This document shows, piece by piece, positions 7,253 through 13,992 of a stretch of DNA of 32,000 nucleotides (positions within the stretch are counted from its first letter, which is position 1; each line of letters starts with the position of its first letter). Source of the stretch: Dubosiella newyorkensis (lineage in GTDB: Bacteria > Bacillota_I > Bacilli_A > Erysipelotrichales > Erysipelotrichaceae); NCBI RefSeq assembly GCF_001945605.1, contig NZ_MPKA01000064.1, positions 1 through 32,000 on the forward strand, read 5' to 3'. A model generated the notes under the pieces. It had not been told where the DNA came from. It did no database searches and saw nothing but the letters and a program-made list of their open reading frames with translations. Made by a program: the position numbers and the translations under genes.

Positions 7253-7411
7253 TTAATCCCATCCACAGGATTTCTTATGAGCTGTGCAACTGCAGCTATA
7301 AGCAGTAAAACCTGGGTCATACGAATATTCAGTTTTATTCTGCGTTTTTTCTGCTTTCTGAATCATTGATTCAAGAGTTGCATAGTCTTCACTTGAAAAA
7401 TGAAAACTCAT
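7253..7411 (-). CDS. 52-aa candidate RiPP precursor peptide, absent from the supplied ORF track because it is under 60 aa
   Basis: An ATG at 7411 is preceded by AAAGGAGAAGAACAGT, and the stop TAA is at 7253-7255. My translation is MSFHFSSEDYATLESMIQKAEKTQNKTEYSYDPGFTAYSCSCTAHKKSCGWD. It lies immediately upstream of, and co-oriented with, the rSAM/SPASM gene. Confidence 0.7.
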   Translation of the reverse strand: MSFHFSSEDYATLESMIQKAEKTQNKTEYSYDPGFTAYSCSCTAHKKSCGWD

Positions 7412-7605
7412 ACTGTTCTTCTCCTTTCTTGTTTTCTAAGTTTGCAAAAGCAATTAAGCAAAAGTCATTCTATGCTTAACTACTTTGAAGCCCACAAACT
7501 ATTCACTTGCTAAGTAACATTCATGAGCTTTATTCAAAGGAAGAATTTAAATAATCCTCCCTATTGAACGACAACACTATTACCATTTACGGCAGATTTA
7601 TTTAG

Positions 7606-7815
7606 CTATCGAACCAAGCGTATGATTGCGGTCATTAACCACTTAAGGATAATTAGGCAAGTAGCTACATAACCTACTGCAAATCCAATCGCCGATCGAG
7701 CGATAAGTTTTCCGGTTCCCGGACCTTCGAGAGCGGGAATTCTACCCACCATAAACTTATTGCCTACGTAAAAGGCAATAGCAGAATAGACGAGTATTAC
7801 CAAAAGTCCTTCCAT
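7606..7815 (-). CDS. small two-TM membrane protein, hypothetical
   Basis: The 69-aa product has two hydrophobic helices. An RBS (GGAGAAAGAGAA) lies directly upstream of the ATG. Confidence 0.5.
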   Translation of the reverse strand: MEGLLVILVYSAIAFYVGNKFMVGRIPALEGPGTGKLIARSAIGFAVGYVATCLIILKWLMTAIIRLVR

Positions 7816-7862
7816 GATTCTCTTTCTCCTATCCTCTATATCCTCTAGAAAAACGAATTTCG

Positions 7863-8246
7863 CTATTCGATTCCCGTTTGCTCAGTAAACTCTGAGTAGG
7901 GAATAGATTCCTCAGCATCAAATAATTTGTTCGCGAACTCAAATTGCTTTGAAGGGCTGTCAATCAAATCTTCTTCAACATAAAGAAATTCATCGCCCGT
8001 TTTCGTATACACAATCGTTGAATTTCCTAGTCTGCCGTAGTTCACTACGATATTGCTCGGTTGCATAGAAGTATGCATAATTTTTGAAAAAGCAAAGTAA
8101 TCCTCAATGTTATCGACTGGTTTTTCTACAACTAAGTAATCTGTTTCATTTTTGCTGCTTGTTATTGAAACCTCGTCGGTAGTTGAGCAACCGAGAATGC
8201 TCAGGCTCATGCCTATCAGTAGGAGGAGCCGAAGTGTCCTTTTCAT
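7863..8246 (-). CDS. lipoprotein, hypothetical
   Basis: The signal peptide carries a lipobox: MKRTLRLLLLIGMSLSILGC-STT. Confidence 0.65.
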   Translation of the reverse strand: MKRTLRLLLLIGMSLSILGCSTTDEVSITSSKNETDYLVVEKPVDNIEDYFAFSKIMHTSMQPSNIVVNYGRLGNSTIVYTKTGDEFLYVEEDLIDSPSKQFEFANKLFDAEESIPYSEFTEQTGIE

Positions 8247-8261
8247 TTTTTGCTCCTTCTA

Positions 8262-8591
8262 TCACTTGACTAAGTTTCCAAGCTCTTGAATTTTTTTAAT
8301 CAAGCTTTTTTTAGGTATTGAAGCAGTGAAACCAGAGAGTTGCATTTCGCCTGCACCAACATTTCCTATTCCTACCTGCACCCAGCCGTAAATATTGAGT
8401 GCATGATCAACTTGATCAAACGTAAGAAACTGCATGGCAGTTAGCGCACCTGTTCCTTTTTTATAAACGGGGTTCTTATCAAGGGGACTCTCAATTTGTT
8501 TAAATCCATTACTAAGACAAAAATTATTGATGATTTGTGCGATGGTTTCTGGGTCTTTACTGGTAGTGTATGAGAACTTACTTCTAGACAT
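8262..8591 (-). CDS. hypothetical soluble protein (109 aa)
   Basis: The start overlaps the stop of the upstream membrane gene (ATGTCTAG), which indicates translational coupling. I do not recognise the family. Confidence 0.5.
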   Translation of the reverse strand: MSRSKFSYTTSKDPETIAQIINNFCLSNGFKQIESPLDKNPVYKKGTGALTAMQFLTFDQVDHALNIYGWVQVGIGNVGAGEMQLSGFTASIPKKSLIKKIQELGNLVK

Positions 8592-9012
8592 TACTTGCTC
8601 CTTTGGTCATTTTTAGCCCCACTAAGCCTAATATTGCAGTAATAACATCAATATAAATTCCATTTTCAAAGCCTTCGCAGACCCTTAGGAACAGATACTG
8701 TATGTCTGAATCTACATTCCCTCTCATCATAGGTGGAACAATTGCGATGATTAGGAGTTCAACTATTAAACCCACACCAATTCCTGAAAGCTTCCCTGGT
8801 CTATTTCCTTGAGAAATAGCAAAGAGTATATATAGGGCTTGAGCAACAACTATTAAGCCGACGACTGCAAACCAAATCGCATCTCCTGACGACATACCGT
8901 GCCAACCATCTAGGTTTCCTGACACTGAACCAAAATTCATCAGCAGGGAGGCGAGTATAGAACCAGTTAAACCAAGATAACCAATTAAAGCCAATATGTT
9001 TACTTTTTTCAT
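8584..9012 (-). CDS. four-TM membrane protein, hypothetical (start moved to the RBS-supported ATG)
   Basis: The ATG at 9012 is preceded by GGAAGGGAGAAAA and the product begins MKKVNILALIGYLGLTG. The longer track ORF extending to 9093 adds a basic, non-membrane extension without better support. Confidence 0.55.
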   Translation of the reverse strand: MKKVNILALIGYLGLTGSILASLLMNFGSVSGNLDGWHGMSSGDAIWFAVVGLIVVAQALYILFAISQGNRPGKLSGIGVGLIVELLIIAIVPPMMRGNVDSDIQYLFLRVCEGFENGIYIDVITAILGLVGLKMTKGASNV

Positions 9013-9189
9013 TTTTCTCCCTTCCTTTAGAATCCCCGACCATTCCCTCCTTTCTTTAGGTCTTTTTTTGTAGACTATTTTGAACATTACCAATGAACTT
9101 ATTTAAAGTTTGAAATAAACACAATTAAGGGATTAAAACCCGAATTATCAACTTTTTATTGACAAATTGCTGGACTAGTAAGATAATGA

Positions 9190-9244
9190 AAAGCAAAATA
9201 AAAGATTCCCGAAAAGTCTACTTTAAGGGAATCCTTCTTTTTTT
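9190..9244 (-). terminator. bidirectional stem-loop terminator at the 3' end of the recombinase gene
   Basis: GATTCCC (9204-9210) pairs with GGGAATC (9227-9233). T-runs follow on both strands: TTCTTTTTTT on the plus strand and TTTTATTTTGCTTT on the minus strand. Confidence 0.5.
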
Positions 9245-9817
9245 ATACTTATAATAGGTGTTTTTGCTAATGCTAAAGTGTCGGCAAAGATCTTTAACAG
9301 TGACCTCGTGGGATTCACATTTTTTAACCCACTCGTCAAATTCTTGAGGTAGTTCGAGCTCTGGTCTGCCAAATTTTACTCCACGTGCTTTTGCGGCAGC
9401 TATCCCCTCAGCTTGCCGTTTTTTTATTGCTTCTCTTTCCGTCTGGGCAACAAAAGAAAGAATCTGAAGGACAAGGTCAGCAATGAATGTGCCCATCAGA
9501 TTCTTTTCGGTTCTTGTATCGAGTAACGGCATATCAACCACTACCATATCCACGCCATTTTCTTTAGTCAGGACCCGCCATTCCTTTTGGATCTCCTCAT
9601 AGTTCCTGCCAAGCCTATCAATGCTATAGACATAAACCACATCACCTGGCTTCAACTTTTTGATAAGTGCTTGATAGTTTGGGCGATTAAAGTCCTTTCC
9701 TGATTGTTTATCAATAAACAGATGGTCAGACTCAATCCCGAGTTCGCTCAGAGCATTAACTTGTCTTGCTTCGTTTTGATCCATGCTACTAACACGGATA
9801 TAGCCATAAATTGCCAT
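9218..9817 (-). CDS. small serine recombinase (resolvase/invertase family) with a C-terminal HTH
   Basis: MAIYGYIRVSSMDQNEARQ contains the catalytic Ser motif, followed by SIDRLGRN and a C-terminal HTH (VTVKDLCRHFSISKNTYYKY). The start at 9817 has the strong RBS AGAGGAGGAATTT. The upstream 44 codons in the track ORF are unsupported. Confidence 0.85.
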   Translation of the reverse strand: MAIYGYIRVSSMDQNEARQVNALSELGIESDHLFIDKQSGKDFNRPNYQALIKKLKPGDVVYVYSIDRLGRNYEEIQKEWRVLTKENGVDMVVVDMPLLDTRTEKNLMGTFIADLVLQILSFVAQTEREAIKKRQAEGIAAAKARGVKFGRPELELPQEFDEWVKKCESHEVTVKDLCRHFSISKNTYYKYKKRRIPLK

Positions 9818-9992
9818 AAATTCCTCCTCTTTGGTTGTGATTGGTTTTAACTCATTCATCACAACTATTCGAGTAAGAATTCTGCTTTCTGTTAGATAGG
9901 AATCTGAGTGGATTTTCCTAAGAATAAGATCCTTCCAGAAAAGGGTCATGGCCGTATAATAGTCTGACAGATCTTTTGTTTTGGCTTGTTAG

Positions 9993-10307
9993 TCAAATAG
10001 CCATTTTTGCTGCTTTGTTCTGATTGTCCAGAAGTACTAATTTAGTGATTTCATCAGTATTTATAACAGGTTTCAGATATCCGCCCATAATCAAGTCAAT
10101 CACTGGTAGCGGGTTTTCATAATCACCAACCCAGTCCCCGTAGCTAATCTGCCAAAAACCATCTTTACTGTAGCTCATCATCAGTTCGTCATTGAAGTCG
10201 ACAACGACTTCGCCCTCTCTCAGGGTCGGATAGACCTCATCTGGTTCAGTGAGGATCTTTTCTGGGTTCCAGCGCTTTACGCCTTCCAGGATTGTATTTA
10301 GTTCCAT
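9993..10307 (-). CDS. hypothetical small acidic protein (104 aa from ATG 10307)
   Basis: The ORF has an AAAGGAC RBS-like sequence upstream. Its composition is reminiscent of small immunity-type proteins, but I recognise no motif. Confidence 0.45.
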   Translation of the reverse strand: MELNTILEGVKRWNPEKILTEPDEVYPTLREGEVVVDFNDELMMSYSKDGFWQISYGDWVGDYENPLPVIDLIMGGYLKPVINTDEITKLVLLDNQNKAAKMAI

Positions 10308-10383
10308 TGTTTGTCCTTTCTTAGGACCAGTCCGTATCTTGCTTAAGCAATTCAATCATACAGGAATTCAGAAGTTTTACAAG

Positions 10384-10640
10384 AGCAATAATCGACGAAT
10401 GTACTTTACCTAAAGCATATTTCAGTCATTTATTCTTCATAAAAAAGTCACAAATCATTCATCTTAAAGAGAAATACCGGAGAGAAGTGCAAGTCTAAAA
10501 CAGGATCATCTCTTATCCAGAAACCAAATTTCGGAATAGATTAGAAGCCGACCAAACTGGAAGGAAATCGTCCAGCATTGTGAGTTCCATGGAAGTTAGC
10601 ATCTCTCATAAAAATCCGTTTGATGCAAAAAATCTTACTG
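10384..10640 (+). pseudogene. possible decayed AraC-type HTH remnant (multiple stops and frame changes)
   Basis: Frame fragments resemble the two AraC C-terminal HTH signatures: LPKAYFSHLF.IKK (compare s.sYlsrlFKK) and, in another frame, EIVQHCEFHGS*HLS*KSV (compare eIA..vGF.d.sYFsr.FKk). This is a by-eye resemblance only. Confidence 0.25.
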
Positions 10641-10851
10641 GACATTTCCTTGATGCATTTCTACAGATGTTAACGCAAAATTTACAGTCTTGACGCAAAC
10701 TTCCGATTTTGTTGAGAGGGCATTTTCAGCCCTTAATACTGCTTGATTTACACTATTTTTTAGAGTTAGCAAATACCCGATACCTATCGCAGATTTAGCC
10801 TATTTTTTATGCGTTTATTGGTATCGGTTAGACGTCTCGGTTTTCAAAGCG

Positions 10852-11994
10852 ATGGAAGATGAGCAAGTCGTCAAGATCCTTTTATGCTGTTCTTCCGGGT
10901 TCACGACTTCCTATTTTGCTCAACGCTTGAATGAAGCCGCAAAGCAGCTAAGCCTAGACTATGAATTCGATGCCACTTCGTATTTTGATCTTTACTCAAG
11001 AGCGGAAGGATATGACATGATCTTGATCGCTCCGCAGATCGGTTACATGCTAAAGAAATTTAAAAAGGCGTTGCCAAAAAAACGGGTGTGTCAGATCCCG
11101 ACTTCTTTGTTCGCCTCGTACAATACGGGGGCCACATTTTCCTTTATCCAAGAGCAGCTCAAGGAATATCGCCAACAAAGTCAAGAAAAGAACTCATTGT
11201 TCAGCGACTGCAGGCTAGATTGTCCTATGCATCAAGAAACGGTGCTTGCGATCGCCGAATTGTATGATGGCAATTCGATCCAAGTCTATATCCATATTTA
11301 TAAAAAGGGCGAAGTCCTTTTTGATGATGTCGTCATCAAACCAAACTTTCAAAAAGTCGTCTTGTTCGATTTGATCCAATACGCTCTTGGGCAAGTCGAG
11401 GGTGTCGATTTGATCGTGTTGGCCGTTCCTGGCATCATCAAAGAAGGGACGATCATCGATTTCCCGCAGCGAGGTCTTAAAAATTATCCGATGAAGAAGC
11501 GGATCGAAGAGCGATTCCATATCAAAACGACTTTGATCAACAACACCAACGCAATCGCGCTCGGTTTTGCCTACCTGCATCCGGAGCATGAGATCGTGAC
11601 CTACCATTCGCAACCATATGGAAGAGCGATGGGCGGTCAAGGAACTGTCGTTCACCAAAATCTGATCAACGGCATAAGCGGGATCAGCGGCGAGATCAAA
11701 TTCTTTTTGCCACGCATGCAGTTTTCAAATGAGCTCGCTCGTCTTGCTAAAACCGATTTTGGGACCCAGGAAATCGTGACCAACGCCTTGCTTCCGACGA
11801 TTTCTTTGATCGGGCCCGATATTATCGTTTTAAGAGCGCCATTGATCAACGACTTAGAGGAATTGAAGAAGCGGATCGCCACCTTTATCCCATGTGACGC
11901 GATGCCTGAAATCGTCATGATCGAGGATATCAAGCCTTTTTTATTCCGCGGGATCGCCGAATACGCGTGCTCCTTTCTTCAAGAAACGGAATGA
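10852..11994 (+). CDS. fusion protein: an N-terminal PTS EIIB domain (lactose/cellobiose family) joined to a C-terminal degenerate ROK-like domain
   Basis: The N-terminus VKILLCCSSGFTTSYFAQRL...DMILIAPQIGYMLKKF matches the cellobiose-type EIIB phospho-Cys loop. The C-terminus carries ROK-like blocks LAVPGIIKEGTIIDFP...LINNTNAIALGFAY and GISGISGEIKFF. However, the N-terminal DxGxT phosphate-1 motif, the ND of NDAN, the GH of AGEIGH and the CxCGxxGC zinc motif are all altered or missing. No clear RBS was seen. Confidence 0.6.
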   Translation: MEDEQVVKILLCCSSGFTTSYFAQRLNEAAKQLSLDYEFDATSYFDLYSRAEGYDMILIAPQIGYMLKKFKKALPKKRVCQIPTSLFASYNTGATFSFIQEQLKEYRQQSQEKNSLFSDCRLDCPMHQETVLAIAELYDGNSIQVYIHIYKKGEVLFDDVVIKPNFQKVVLFDLIQYALGQVEGVDLIVLAVPGIIKEGTIIDFPQRGLKNYPMKKRIEERFHIKTTLINNTNAIALGFAYLHPEHEIVTYHSQPYGRAMGGQGTVVHQNLINGISGISGEIKFFLPRMQFSNELARLAKTDFGTQEIVTNALLPTISLIGPDIIVLRAPLINDLEELKKRIATFIPCDAMPEIVMIEDIKPFLFRGIAEYACSFLQETE

Positions 11995-12656
11995 AGTCTC
12001 GACTTTTTCATCGCTTCATAGCCGATCCAGATCGTCCACATATAGGCGCATGTCTTAGGAATCATAAGCATCCCGATCATTGGGATCTTTTCCGCCCATA
12101 AGACGACCGGAATATAAAATGCGAAACTCAATACAATCGTAAGAGCCATCCATCGAAACGCGCGATCGCGCGTTTCTTTTACTTTCCAAGCGAATAGAAG
12201 GATGATCACCGCTCCCAAAAGCGCAAACGGCACGTTTCGAATGATTCCCCAGGCGATTGGCGGATGGGCGTTGAGCCATTCATTTTGAGGAAACATGCAA
12301 AGAACGATCCGAACTAGCGCCAAGCCATAAACGAGCGCGTTTAGTTTTGGCGTCTTTTTCATTCCATACCGTTTTTTCCAGACTTCAAACAACAAAACAT
12401 AAAAGATCGTCATCGTGATCGATGTGATCCATTTTCCAACACCTAAAGCCGCAGTATAGTTTTCTAGGCCCGTGGTGCATAAGGCGTACGCTCTCGGGAT
12501 CAAATGGAACGCGTCTCCAGCACCCAAAACGATTGCCATCCAGCCAAACAAACGATATTGCGAGCGTGGACGACTTCTTTTGATCATCAAGATCCCGATC
12601 ACCGTCACGAACGCGAGATACAAAATATCAAAACTAGTTTCGAAGACTGCTCTCAT
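11979..12656 (-). CDS. polytopic membrane protein, hypothetical (225 aa)
   Basis: The ATG at 12656 overlaps the upstream stop as ATGA, with an AAAGGAG RBS. The longer track ORF extending to 12785 overlaps the upstream gene and is rejected. Confidence 0.6.
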   Translation of the reverse strand: MRAVFETSFDILYLAFVTVIGILMIKRSRPRSQYRLFGWMAIVLGAGDAFHLIPRAYALCTTGLENYTAALGVGKWITSITMTIFYVLLFEVWKKRYGMKKTPKLNALVYGLALVRIVLCMFPQNEWLNAHPPIAWGIIRNVPFALLGAVIILLFAWKVKETRDRAFRWMALTIVLSFAFYIPVVLWAEKIPMIGMLMIPKTCAYMWTIWIGYEAMKKSRLHSVS

Positions 12657-13099
12657 TTGAGATCTCCTTTCCTTTTCTTTTGTACGATCGCTTTTCCATA
12701 GCTGCAGCCAAAAAGAAGGCCTGCCCAAAACAAAGAAGCGCCCAGTCCGGTATAAAACACCGCGATAAAGCTGGAGGGAAGCCAATGAAATGTACGAATC
12801 ATGATCCCGCCAATCATCATGACGGCCATGATGATATACGATTTTGCATCAAAGAACTTTAAGACAAATTGCTTTTCTTGAATATAGTCTAAGATGCGTT
12901 GGGTGTGTTTTTGAACGAGCTTGCCAAACACAAACCACTGAAACACGCAAAAGACAACGATCGATAAAGCGATCGTGTACCAATGGATATAGGGCGGATA
13001 TTCTTGAAGCCCGATCCTTAAAATATTGAAGCCGGCAAAGATCCAGACGATCGATGCGATCAGCAACAAAGTCGTTTTTTGAACTTTCATCCTTTTCAT
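12653..13099 (-). CDS. small four-TM membrane protein, hypothetical (the start may be the ATG at 13090)
   Basis: It lies immediately downstream of tetR in the same operon. TAGGAG precedes the ATG cluster. Confidence 0.55.
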   Translation of the reverse strand: MKRMKVQKTTLLLIASIVWIFAGFNILRIGLQEYPPYIHWYTIALSIVVFCVFQWFVFGKLVQKHTQRILDYIQEKQFVLKFFDAKSYIIMAVMMIGGIMIRTFHWLPSSFIAVFYTGLGASLFWAGLLFGCSYGKAIVQKKRKGDLK

Positions 13100-13102
13100 C
13101 TC

Positions 13103-13663
13103 CTAGTCATAAAGCACGCGATGCACGATTTCAAGAACGATTTTTGGATCATACTCGCCTCTCAAAGCTAAACTTTGCAGCATGGAAAAGAGCGTGTGCG
13201 CGAATGCTTTTGGGGTAAAAGAAGCATTGAACGCGTCTTTTCGGATCTTGGGATCTTTCATAAGAACGCTTATTAGACTTTCCTCGATATGGTCCCAGAT
13301 TTTGTGCATATGTTTCTGCCCTTCTTTTTGTTCATTTTTCTCAAAGTAGATCGCGTGTAGTCGAAAAAAGTCGGGATATAGAGTTTGCGATTCTTCAAGT
13401 CTTTGCATGACCCATTCGATCCAAGCGTCTACGTCTTTAGGCGAGCTCTCCATATTTGAAGGATGGAAGATCTCTAGCCAGACGCTTTCGATCGTCTCTG
13501 AAATAAGGTCCGTTTTTGAATCGAAATAGTTGTAGATCGATCCAATCGAAACGTGGCAGGCTTGGGCGATCGCTCGGATGCTGATAGATCGATATCCTTT
13601 TGTTTGCAGGATAGAGCGGGATTGTTTTAAGATTTCTTGCTTGGATGTGACAATCGTATTCAT
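13103..13663 (-). CDS. TetR/AcrR-family transcriptional regulator
   Basis: The N-terminal HTH reads GYRSISIRAIAQACHVSIGSIYNYFDSKTDLI. The RBS GGGAGGAA lies upstream of the ATG at 13663. The gene is divergent from the ABC exporter pair. Confidence 0.85.
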   Translation of the reverse strand: MNTIVTSKQEILKQSRSILQTKGYRSISIRAIAQACHVSIGSIYNYFDSKTDLISETIESVWLEIFHPSNMESSPKDVDAWIEWVMQRLEESQTLYPDFFRLHAIYFEKNEQKEGQKHMHKIWDHIEESLISVLMKDPKIRKDAFNASFTPKAFAHTLFSMLQSLALRGEYDPKIVLEIVHRVLYD

Positions 13664-13860
13664 AGTTCCTCCCAAAGTGAACATTGTTCATTATAGACTC
13701 TTTTGTTTCTTTGTCAAACTGGACACAAAAGTGATTTCTCTTTATTCATTGAATGATTAAATTTTTATTCGTTGCTTATATTTTATATTATTGCTTATTT
13801 TAAATATATATTATAATATTAATTCAACCGTTATTCACGGATCCCTATCACAGGATAGAA

Positions 13861-13930
13861 AGGAGGCCCCTATGAAACAAAACATCACAAACTGGTCGAA
13901 TGTATTCATGGTGTCTCCTTCTTTTTTTTC
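13861..13930 (+). promoter_or_regulatory. leader region of the ABC operon: a strong SD, a short upstream ORF start and a T8 tract
   Basis: AGGAGG (13861-13866) is followed 5 nt later by an ATG at 13872 (MKQNITNWSNVFMVSPSFF...). A CTCCTTC segment complementary to the SD region precedes T8 (13922-13929). All of this lies upstream of the real ABC start at 13993. Confidence 0.4.
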
Positions 13931-13992
13931 GATAAGAGCGTTTCTTCATGAATCCATTGGCCCCCCTATTGTAAATAGAAAGGTCAAAAGGA

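Noticed and set aside
9818-9949. N-terminal 44-codon extension of the serine recombinase ORF
   Set aside because: The canonical resolvase N-terminus MAIYGYIRVSS starts at 9817 with a strong AGAGGAGG RBS. The extension has no RBS and no family resemblance. Similar trimming was applied to 8584..9093, 9993..10355, 11979..12785, 13103..13684, 15512..17245 and 22552..22977.
11215-11933. Minus-strand ORFs 11215..11658 and 11652..11933 inside the EIIB-ROK gene
   Set aside because: They are antisense shadows of a gene with clear domain motifs. Their His/Arg/Asp-rich, odd composition is driven by GATC-rich codons.
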